Shown: in pieces, positions 37,401-49,103 of the stretch
Position numbering within the stretch: the first letter of the stretch is position 1
How the letters are laid out: each line of letters opens with the position of its first letter
Source of the DNA: Trichoplax sp. H2
Taxonomy: Eukaryota
Length of the DNA stretch: 64,000 nucleotides
Direction of reading: 5' to 3'
Assembly: GCA_003344405.1 (NCBI GenBank)
Contig: NOWV01000122.1
Coordinates: 1-64,000 of the forward strand
Made by a program: the position numbers and the translations under genes
Notes under the pieces: model-generated
What the model was told of the DNA's origin: nothing
What the model saw: the letters and a program-made list of their open reading frames with translations, nothing else
Databases searched by the model: none

Positions 37401-40400
37401 ATACAGTTTATAGCTGCGCATTCTTATACCTTCGAATTATGAAGAGTAACTGTCTTCTAATTTTGTAGGCATCAACAGTATGCAACGAAATTAAAGGATT
37501 TCCCACTAAAATAGCCAAGGAAGAGGTAAGATGCAATGCATAGTGCTTAAAGCCCTGCCTAAAGGCGTAAATAATTGAGTACTCATATTCTGTTTTTTTT
37601 TTCTACACAGAAATTAAATGGTAGACGGCTTAGCAATGGTAGTGTTAAGTCAGATCAATCTAATCACTCCAGTCAATCAAATCAGCAAGATCGTAGTTTG
37701 CACCCTTCATCAAGCAATGGGTAAATATTTCGATATTAAAATTAGCGAAAGAATTTTACTATTGATATTTGTACTATGTAGAAATAAATCTATTTGGGAT
37801 ACTCTTGATCTAGCAGTGTATCCAATGGTCTACCCATCATTCCACCACCACCTCCAGAATCTGCATTACCTCAACCTCCATCCAATGGTCGAGTAAACGG
37901 TTCAGTGCCAGTTCTTAGGATAACTAACAAGAACGAATCTGAAAATAAACGAATATCAAGCAGGTAGATATCTGGCATAGTATTCTATTTAAGTCCAACA
38001 AATGCTTAGCTTATACAAGCCTAAAAAGTGTGTGATAAGTTTAGTAGAAACTTAGTGATTTATCAGGGTAAGCTATGGACTTTGCTTAACAACTTCTAAT
38101 TATCACAGTCAGTGATTTTAACGTTAAAAGTACTGAAATCTGAAATTTGTATTTGAATTTATTTTACTTATAACACTCAAAGAGCCTCTGTAAGTTATTC
38201 AACGTAGAAATTCGGATTTTATGTTCTGCAGAGTAGAAGTGTTACTTTGTGTTGCAAGACGATCATTGATAGCGAATAAATAAAGTGAAAGGAAAATGAA
38301 ATTTAAGATCTAAATAGTGCACTAGGAATTCAATATTACCATTAAAATCAGTAAAATAACTAGGTTACTCACCACTGAAATAGGACTATAAATTAAAGAG
38401 CGTTTTACTCCATTTGAACTAATTATAATAATTATTTATTAATCATTATATTAGCTCCGATGATCAATCGGATTCAAAGGCTGCCGTTAGTCCAAGAGGT
38501 GGATTGCAACTTGGTAATGAAGCTGTTAATGCCAGAGTAGAAAATAATATTGTAAGTGCACCTACCTATATTAATCCAATCATATCAAGAATCAAAGTAC
38601 TAAGTCTGGAATATCTCATTTTCCATGATACTCAGAAAATTTTGAATCATTGCATTGACGACGTCGAAAGTTTCGTCAAGAAGTTATCCAGCATTCATCA
38701 AGCAAGAAGTGATGTCTTAGATCGCAGATCCAAGAAGAAGACTAAAAAGGATAAAATTAAAGGTAATACAAAATAGAATATTGTTGAATAATTTGGTTAC
38801 ACTATCAATGCTTAAGATTGAATATTTTTAAACTAGATGCTGATAAACTTAGCGAAAATGTCTATCCAGACGATGAAAAATTTAAAGACTGCTTCCAAAA
38901 GATGAAGATGGGCTTAAATTATGCAGTAAGTCTATCTAGGGAAATACCACTAATGCCTTTTGAAAATGTTTCATCACCCTTATGCTATGACGTAAAATGA
39001 TCGCTAGAATCAGAAAATTTAATATTATGGTAATTGTATAAACTAACCTTTGGATCTTCATTAGGTATTGTTAAAAAGAAATTTACAGAAACCAACACCC
39101 ATTGAAATTATCCAATATTTAGTGGATTTATTACTTTACATTTTGAAAGTGCCCAAAGCGTAAGTGGAATTGATATTCTATTGCTAACACACTGTAGGCT
39201 TTTAGATTTAAAGTTAAATTGCAAATTAGTAGTTGTAGCTTACATCTTCTTGCGATTGCTCGAATAGACTTGATATTGCTGCCAATGTTGTCTCTCCACT
39301 CTTCACCGTACAAACTTTGCAAACAGTTAAAGCTAGTATTACTCCAAAGCAAGAGCAAGCCATTCAAAGTTTAGGATCAGCTTGGAATTTATCAAGGTAT
39401 GAGCTCATATCATGAAAGATACAGAATAGTCGTTATATCTATTCCAAATTTTTGTTTAGCTCACTCTTAACATTTCAGTAGAATCCTGACTTGTCATCTT
39501 TGATTATTTTAGAGATCAATATCCCGATGCTAACTTAGTACCCGTATACTATCCCGTCTTTAGTGACGGTTGGGTACCTAAAGATGTTAAAAATCCTCAT
39601 TGGGCTAAATTATCCAAAGATATTAAGCGTTTGGTTAATATCGCTGCTAAAACCCCTAAACCTCAACAAACGGTAAGTGAATAACACTATTATTTCATCG
39701 TTATGATCCGATTAATGTAAAATAAGATTGGCATGTAAATGGTTATTCTGTTACCATAGGCATCATCAGCTTCTCCTACACCAGTAAATACCAATAATAT
39801 TGCTGCTGCTGCTGCTGCTGCTGCAGGCGCCACTGCAGTAGCTACAGCAGCTACTACCAATAATAATAGAACAGAATCAGTTACATCAAAAGTTCCTGGT
39901 GGAGTTCCATTAGCAATTGAAATAGCTGGCAGGTATATCCAGATCTTAAATTTTAACTTCAACATTTAATATAATAATAAATAATTACTTATCTATCATA
40001 TCGGTTAATAATCTAGAACAAACAGTGCAGCTCAAATAAAAGGAGCAAGTCAAATTGCCACTGTCAAGGCTGATTATAACCCGACTACACCAGGATTTTT
40101 AGCTGTTAAAACTGGTGAAAAGTGTGAGGTAAGGCCAAAGCTATTTACCACCTTAAATTCATAGATGTTTTATTTACCTGATTACCGATACTAATGCAAT
40201 AATTACAGGTAATAGAGAAAACTAAAGATGGATGGTTGGTCCATAATATCAACTCTGGCAAGCAAGGACTTGTGCCATCTAAGAATTTGGAGGTAGCCGC
40301 AGATACTGTCTTGTTGGATGGAGGCGGTGGACTGCCCGTGAATGCACCACCACCTCCAAATATTCCACCACCACCTGTTCCAGCAACAAATAGCAAGAAA

Positions 40401-42780
40401 GATAATACCAATGATCCTATTTTATTTACTGCTCCGCCACCACCACCGATATCACCGCCTGCAGCACCACTAACAGCACAATCGCCAGCACCTCCACCTG
40501 CGCCAGCAGCTCCACTAGCACCACCAGCGCCATCTGCAGCTATAAATGGAGCTCTACCACCACCGCCACCACCGCCACCACCTGCTCCAGTTTTCAGCAA
40601 AACGGATAGCAAACTAGGTCAATTATTTACTAGATACTCTTACAGTATAAAAAAAAAAATTAAGTTCATTGATTCGATGTACATTTAATTATAGGATATG
40701 AAAATAAGTGATATGAATCTAAAATTATGAGTTTTCGAAATAACATGCAAAATATAGCCTTGGTAAATGCAGCGATATTAATATAAATTTACTGACTTTG
40801 ATATAACATGCAAATTATAGCGCTTGTAAACGCATTGAAAAACCCACAATTAAAGAAAACAACTACGGTGAAATATAAAGGTAAGTAAAGACTTATTTTT
40901 GAGGATATATTTTCACCTAGAACATAGATCAAAATTAGATACTAATAATCATGTACTGTTTATCGCTATATAGAGAATAATCTAATAATCAAATTTTATA
41001 TCTATAGTTTCTTTAAAATTGAAATTAATATTATTAATTTCTATTAATTTCTTATTCATTAACACAAATAGCTTCTGACAGCGATCTATTGCAAGATGAA
41101 TTAAAAGCACGAATGAAAATGCGCCGTATCCAGTCGAGGAACCGAAACGAAGGTAAATAGGAGCGCTCATTTCTAGCCGATATTTTCCTTACAGCCCTAC
41201 CATATGATCTGTTTTATCGTTTAATGACTAAAATCAATTGATTTATACTTGCATTCGTTTAGTTGGATCTATAAATCCAAACTCAAGTAAAGAGGAAATT
41301 AGGCAATACCTGACTGAAAGAAATTTCTCCGCAAAAACTACTGATTTATTGGGCGATTATGGAGGATTCGAATTACTCTCTTTGACGAAAGAAGAACTAG
41401 CCCAAATTGCCCCTGGCGAAGAAAATCGTCTTCATAGCTTACTAACAACACAACGTTCACAACTACCGGTAACATTAAAATTTCTCAATTTATATCATAA
41501 TTACTACGGTTTGCATCAAATTTAAGACTAAAAATGGTGTTACTTATTAGGATGAGCAGCAAAAAAGCCTCCAAGATGCCGCTGGAGATAAACTAGAAAG
41601 TGATCCGCTTGCTGTTCAATCTTCTGAGAAAATAACCACCACTCCAACTCCTACATCTAATAAAGCTGAACCAGAATGGAAGCGAATGATAATGGAAAGG
41701 AAAAAGAAACGTATGCAACAAGCTGGCATTGATGGTGAAAATGTACCTCCTAATAAATCGCCTAAAGATATTAAAATTAACGGTTCTAAGGAAAATACAA
41801 ATAGTACTCCAGTAACTAACAATAATGTAAATATAGTTTCACAATCACTGCCAACATCCAATAGTGATACTGTGGATTCAGCCAAGATATTAAATTCAAC
41901 ACCATCAACTGAAAATTCGTCATCACAGGCGGAAGCACAACTACGGCAGTTGCAACAACCACAACAGCTACAACAACTACAACAGCAGCAACTACAACAA
42001 CAATTAGGACTACAAGGTCAAAACTTGCAATTGCAGCCTAATTTAATACAACAGCAAGGATTGCAGCAACAATCATTAGGATTACAGCAATCTTTGAATT
42101 TGCAACAACCACAACAACTAGGACTGCAGCAGCAGTTGGCGTTACAGCAGAATCTTCAACAAAACCAATCTTTAGCACTATTGCAGCAACAGTTATTACA
42201 ACAAAATCAGCTGCAACAACTCCAGGGTAATCAACTTCTTACCGACAATGCTCAATTACAAAGTATCTTGTCCTCCTTAACGCCACAACAACTCCAACAA
42301 GCTATTGCTCTAGGTTTAATCACACCATCAGTAGTAAACCAGCAACAAGTAAACAATACGGGTTTATTAGCTCAAGGAACGTTAGGTAATCAATTAAACC
42401 TGACTTCGGATGCCTTGGCGGCGAATAATATATTGCAATTACAGCAAGCAAACGCAAATAATCAAGCTCTACGACAATTGGCAGCTGCCAATACTCAAAG
42501 AAATCTTGGATTAACCGGTACTCGATCACCTGGTGATCCATTTACAGCTTTACTAGCTGCACAACAGTTGAGTACAGTTCAACGAAATCGACGATTAGCT
42601 GGTTTAAATACAGGTGTAGGATTGGCTAATCCTAGCCTAAATGTAAGCAATCTTAGCACAGGTTCTATAGGCAGAAGTAATGGTAATATTGGAGGTGTCA
42701 ACCAGCTGCTTCAAAATCAAGTACCTAATCAAGCTACTCTTCGACTTGGTTTGCAACAAAATCAAGGGCTTCAATTTTAA
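34490..42780 (+). CDS. EPS8: EPS8-family actin regulator (PTB - central helical region - SH3 - polyPro - WH2-like - SAM/PNT effector region - Q/N-rich tail), many short exons
   Basis: Probable start MGDQQSKG at 34490, splicing in frame to exons at 35698, 36199, 36455 and 36661 (HLTTA, PTB). EPS8 motifs KILNHCIDDVESFVKKL, PDDEKFKDCFQKMK and YYPVFSDGWVP. SH3 ADYNPTTPGFLAVKTGEKCEVIEKTKDGWLVHN...GLVPSKNLEV. LLQDELKARM helix. SAM-like SSKEEIRQYLTERNFS...ELLSLTKEELAQIAPGEENRLHSLL. Terminal exon 41551..42780 is in frame. The start codon is less certain than the family call. Confidence 0.88.
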
Positions 42781-44497
42781 TTCTTAAATAAATGAATAGT
42801 AAAAGCTAGTAAACAATAACTTTGTTACATTACTTTGGTTAAGAATCTAAGATTTCAAATGTAATCCTATCCTAATTGTATCTTAATCCAAAAGTTGTAT
42901 ATGTAATCATTTTTTATAGCTCAACAATAGTACCAGCTATTTATGGTGATAAATGGGTTCAGTTTTTTCATACAATTCAGAAAATGTACACATTGTACAG
43001 GGAAATCATGTATAGTCCTGTACAGTACTGTACAGTAAGAATACTTGATGATTTAACTGTCGCTTTGGTATCCATTTTAGAAGTTGCATCTTGACCAGCA
43101 AAATTTTTTCGTTTATAAGATTATGTCTGGATATAGTGATGTTGACATCTCGGCTATTCTATCAGTCATTTGAATTAATACAGTCGATACTGTAACTTCA
43201 ACTTACTTATAAATTGTTAAATTACTTTATATAATATAAAGTGGATAATAAGATTGAAGGGGAATATTATCAGTTGCTAACTGCGTTAAATTTTTAATAC
43301 TCTTAAATTTCATAATACTTTTAGTATTTGTATCAGTTTATACTATTGCATACTGTTTCTTTACTGTTTTGTTTTATCAATTGTAAAAGCTGCAAAATGA
43401 ATATATATATATATATATCTCTATTTTAGAACCATATTTTCTTCGTTTACTGTATAAGCTCTATTTTTGATAATTATTATTCAATTTCTATCTAATTAAC
43501 AATTAAGTAAGGATGTCGTTGAAAATTGCGAACAATGCCGTCTGTACTCGTACTTGAAGTATTTCATGCTTAGATGGTTGATTTTTTTTTCTTTTCTTTC
43601 TACTATCGATGCTCACTTTGAATATGAAGGTAATAATTTGTACGTGGAAATAAGGATTATTATTTGTAACATTACGTATGGAGCGACTGATTATAATTCT
43701 TTTAATTATGTGATAATTTGATTACTTCGTTTAATTGAATAAAGTATGCTACTAGATGTAAAAATGTTTCATTATGATATGGGTATTTCTAGTTGGCATA
43801 TACTTTGTAAGCTGTGTGAATAAGGCATACGAATATACGAATATATGCGCAGACTGCTTCGATGCAACACATCTACATTATGTTGAAATGAGGGGAATGT
43901 TGATGATCAAGGCAGCACAATACAAATTTGTATAGTCTATCGTGAAAATTAGCTAATACATAGATAAGTTGCTTTATAGATGTAGATTAACTTTAACATT
44001 TTGCTAGGAAATTATGCTATAATAATAGGTGCTGAATGATATAGCAATAGCGAGAATATACTATAGTGTCCTATCTCTATATTCGTACCGCTCATTTATT
44101 AGAACAGCCTCTTTGACTATCTATTAATGAAGAGCCCATACTGCACTGCATCAATTGATGCAAAATATTATAGGCATTGATTATATTATTGACAATAAAG
44201 TTAGATTTGATCATCTCATGTTAGGCCAGGCTAAACAACAAATCAGTAAGCGATAACCTAGCATCGATTATGTAATTATAATACGTATACCATTACCAGT
44301 CGATCATTTTTGAAACAAAAATGGACGTATCTACCTAAGCAGCAATCCGTTTCCATTAAGTTTTATAGTAGAGGTTTATATCTTCAATTTATAGTCATGC
44401 CTTTCAATTTCTGAGATGTGCTTGCTGAAGAAGATTGGAAGACGTGCCGGCGACGTCTTAAACTGTAAGCTCGTATCCAAGGCAACCAAGACTATGC

Positions 44498-44681
44498 AGT
44501 AGCCCTAACCATTTTGCATAACCTACTTTGTACCCTTCGTTGAAGCTGTCCTACTGCACATTAGACATGTATTGACATATCTAAAAGAAAATAAAAAATC
44601 AATAAATACATGTCTAATGTATCAGTAGGGCAGCTTAAACGAAATGTACAAATTAATTTATGCAAAATAGTTAGGCCTACT
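44498..44681. mobile_element. MITE-like element / long imperfect inverted repeat (~77-bp arms, ~30-bp A-rich spacer)
   Basis: The left arm agtagccctaaccattttgcataa...ttcgttgaagctgtcctactgcacattagacatgtatt matches the reverse complement of the right arm aatacatgtctaatgtatcagtagggcagcttaaacgaa...ttatgcaaaatagttaggcctact. No coding capacity. Confidence 0.6.
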
Positions 44682-45611
44682 ATCCAGGTGTTGATGATTC
44701 AATCATACAGCATGCACAAGAAGTTATACCTATGGCGTAGTTCATAGCTGTAACAGGAATTTAGGTGGTAGCACTGTAGCTATAATAGTTGGGTATAATC
44801 TTACACGAAGTATTAAGGCTATATCTCAAGTAGTAAAAAGTTCTAGTGAACTTTTCAGCAGTCTATTTTGCTCCTCGTGATGAGCTGCCATATTGGATGT
44901 GGTAACCTCATTTACGCCCATAAGTATAGGTACCCAAACATGACTATTGAATATCATAATATGACCGCAGAAAAATACACCTACTGCAAGTAGAAAGCGA
45001 ATTACTTTCAACTGGACTCAAAATACTTTCTCCATCTTTTTACCAATGCAATCAAACGTTTATTGATGCTACTAGACAGAAAGTATTAAACATTGATGGT
45101 TCTAAACTGAAATAAACGGCTAAAACTACGGAATATTAGCATAAATTGAATTCTAGATCGAAGTTGATACTCGTATAGGCTCTAGACTAGGCTTGGAAAA
45201 GTCTGCCCCATACGGTACTGCGCTTTATAGCATTTTGTATAAGTATTTGCTGCGCCTTTTTTACACTATCATTCTACAGAACTCTACGTTGGGCGCTGCC
45301 TTGTGTCCTAGACGGACGGACAGAAAGCATTGGAAAATTTCAACTTCTTTCATTCTACAATCACTCAGTTGGTTTACCTTTGCCTTTCCATATAAATACT
45401 GTACCAATATAGCATGGTACGCGTCTGTACCCTACGCCTTGACTGCTTAGGTCATTCATCTTCGCCCGATTTTTTAGATGGCTACTACGATCTTCCTATC
45501 ATAATACGCTGATAGAATTAACTTAATCCATTTCTGTATAGTATCGTCTTCATTTCATCCTTTCAAGAATCCATTTAGCTATTAACTAGCTAAGCAACTT
45601 AATAGCAGGAT

Positions 45612-47739
45612 ATGAAACGATCAGGTAACGAATAGGATTTTGACTTGAATTATTGGGCTACGCCTGAATGTAGAAAATGATGATCATAATAACATGAAGG
45701 ATAATTTAGGACGATTAGAAATGAATAGTTAAGGACTTTAGTTTACTCTAGCTTAAAAATGAAAATAATGTTAAGTATTTATTGGGCCTCTAAATCTCTG
45801 TTTAAAGTGGCTCATTACGATTTCTGACGACAAATAAGTTCAGACGTCGTGTTATTATCAATAAAAAAAATACTGTAGAAGGCCTTCCTACAATGGAGGT
45901 AAAACGATGATCCGATTCGATTGGTAGGGTGATTTCAAGAATTGTTAGCCAGCTATTGATGACGCTGTCCTATGCACTCTTGCAGCATTATGGATACGAC
46001 ATAAGCTACAACTAATTCAGAAAATCTTGGTTATTTCTTGCCAAGTATATGGAATGGAAAGTTAATTATTTCTTCCTTCTTCACGTCGTTTTAAATACGT
46101 ATGAATATAACCTCTACTTCTGTTTACGTTGGAAGTTGATATTTATACCCTGGTGTTTCTTGCCCAAAATTAGCGATTGATAACCGGAAGTCGAAACGAT
46201 TTCATGTGACAATGATACAAGTACAGACTGCATCCTCTATAGCCGCCAATATTTGTACGATAATCTAGAAAGCACGACCCAAACTTGGCTTATTGCATCC
46301 CTTAACGTAACGTTCAATCAGTAATGGTGGTTACGCATCAACACTGATCGAGCTGTCATCAATACCGAAGTCGAAAATCAGTCATTTAGTAGATTAAAAT
46401 ACTCAACAAATTTCTTTCCTTCCTTACTACTGATATATTGGGTAATATTATCCATAAATACAACCAATTGATAGAGAAATTAATCCTAAATCAGTACTTT
46501 CTATAATTAATATAAATAATTGAAGTTCCGTAAATCAAATGATCAAAAAAATCATTAGAGCTCTGGACTTGAGAGGTTTTCAGTATTATACAGTACAGTT
46601 ATGTAAAGCCTTAACCAATCCTATCTCGTAGAAGTAAGCAATTTCTCCTTGGTAAAAAATTTAAAAAATAGCTATCTTCCGGCCCCCAAATGCCGCAGCA
46701 TACTTTCGACCTCATACCAATTTCATATCACGCTTGTAGTTAACGTGTATCCTTAATACAGGCAAAACCAAATTCAACTTTTGTAGTTGAAAATTTTTAT
46801 ATCTTATTTATAATGTTACTTGCAGCGTAGAAATACCACGCTAATAACATGATTGGATATCGTGGTCACATTTAGGATACCCAGGAGCTGATGGAAGCAA
46901 TAAACAATTTCTCGAAGAAGAAAATGATCGAATGACTGATGAAATGTCTCATAAAGTTTCAGCGCTAAAAACGGTAAATTATAGGAACTTTTTTTACGTA
47001 TTCTGTCATCAAGCAGCAAACATTGAAGAGTTTTGGTAAATGACCGAGTTATTTACTAAGAATGAGTAAATCTTAACTACTAGGACAAGTGTTAAGATAT
47101 TCTATAAATACATTTACCTTGTTTGAAATGTAGTTTTATAACGTGAATCTTAATTGAATGAGTTAATACTTGTTATAATCAATACCACTACGCCTCTACT
47201 ACCGACTTGATTTCGTATGCTAAAATTTGCGACTTTTGTCTCATGATAGATATCTATCCAAATGGGAGATGAAATACGTGGCCAGACAAAGTGGTTAAAA
47301 GATATGGTATCGGATATTAATTATAATCGCTAAATTTTAAATTTGGGTATACACATCATAGTATATCTTATTTTAGATATTGCATGACAAACAGAGATAT
47401 CAATATAACATAGTAATAGCTATAAAATTTTGGAACGTATATTTATCTCAAATTGTACTAAATTATGTGAGATTATTATGCACTTGCAAAAATTTAGTAT
47501 CTTTGAGATCCATTTAGGATTGTAAGAAATTAGCTTTCTAATTTTAACTTTATACTAAGAACGATTTGCTGCTATTGCTATAGGATACAGACTTTGATAA
47601 AACTGGAGGATTTCTACAAGGTGCGATGGGAAAATTGACCTCCTTAAGTAGAGCTGGCCATGGTTGGATTTGGTGTTATATGCTGCTGTTTGTTTTATTC
47701 GTGTTCTTCGTAATTTATATTGTATTAAAATGGAAATAA
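45612..47739 (+). CDS. BET1: BET1 ER-Golgi Qc-SNARE; exons 45612..45624, 46876..46973, 47250..47306, 47584..47739 (absent from the ORF track)
   Basis: Spliced product MKRSGYPGADGSNKQFLEEENDRMTDEMSHKVSALKTISIQMGDEIRGQTKWLKDMDTDFDKTGGFLQGAMGKLTSLSRAGHGWIWCYMLLFVLFVFFVIYIVLKWK*: a SNARE coil with central Q plus a C-terminal TM, closely resembling animal BET1. The first micro-exon is less certain. Confidence 0.9.
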
Positions 47740-49103
47740 ATCTTATGATTGATATGATGTGTAAAAGTAATGGAATGTAACAACCATGTTGCTATTTGAT
47801 GCATAGCTAAGAAAAATTCGTTGTGTTATAATACAAACTTTGCAATAATAGTGATTTAATCTTTAATTATTATGATATACCTTGATGTACTATACTATAT
47901 CATAAATTTTGTATCAATTAATATTTAGTAAAGTCACTTTTCGAATTCAAAATGGATATAACAAAAAGTTTTACTGGCCATATCGGTGCAACTAAATCTA
48001 TAACTATTCTACAGGATAAGGATTTAACCTTTCTGAGAGCATTTTAAACAATGACACATATATCTATACCAGATTCAAATACCGTTTCTCAATCAAATTT
48101 TGCGCGTGTACTGTATTACACACCTTGATCATTAATTAGAAATGCATGCTACGATTCTCTGTGTCATTTTATTACATCAGAACAGAAACTGATTCATATA
48201 TTATGGCTTTGCTACTCGAACATGGCAAAGACGTATGATATAAAGCAAAATGTAGATTCTACAGTAGACATTTATTCAGACATTAATAAGTTCGCTCAGT
48301 CTTAAAACTTATATATCGAGGACAACTTGCACCATACAGTAAAATCTAATCAAATCAAGTTGTACATATTTTATAGTAAATACATAATTTTTATTTAAGC
48401 AATGAATTGCTCCAGATTGCCAAATAATAACACAAATAATTTATATGCCCCTGCATTTATACTTATGTATACATAATTGATATACAACATATATGACATA
48501 TGTGTACGTAGCACGATTCTGTTGAAATAAAGCACATTAATAGTATTTCATTGTATGATTCATTATCAGCCTCAAATGCATCATAAGGCACTATAATATA
48601 TATTTACTGCACAAGTTATTACTTTTCGTCAATAGCTTTCTTAAATATAAAATACAATACTGGTATGTAACACACACCATGGATAAAAATTGTATATCAT
48701 TAAACAGATTTGTAGACCAAAATATCATCAAGTTATAATCGCTCGGCCTATAAAAATTTGCGATATGAAAATTTGCTACAGTAAAACAACGATAAAAGAA
48801 TCAATTATAAAAAGTTTAATAATAATCTTTTTCAATAATAATTAATTATAATCTCGAATCGTAACAAATTTTTTATGAACAAATCAGCATAAAACAGATA
48901 GATAAATTAGAAATAATTCTCATGAGTAAATAATCAAAAGTTGCAGTAAAATATAGTAGTATTTAATTTACGATCATTATTAAATATTCCATAAAGTATT
49001 CTTAATATATCCAATACTGCAATAACGACTAAAATTATCATTTAGCTTGCAAGTTTATTACGATGTAATGCGATCAAATTTCGGTAGTAAGCGTAAGTTA
49101 GAT

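Noticed and set aside
40145-40612. Gly/Ala-rich minus-strand ORF (also 39690..39965 and 41616..41885)
   Set aside because: Antisense shadows of the EPS8 Pro-, Ala- and Ser/Thr-rich exons.
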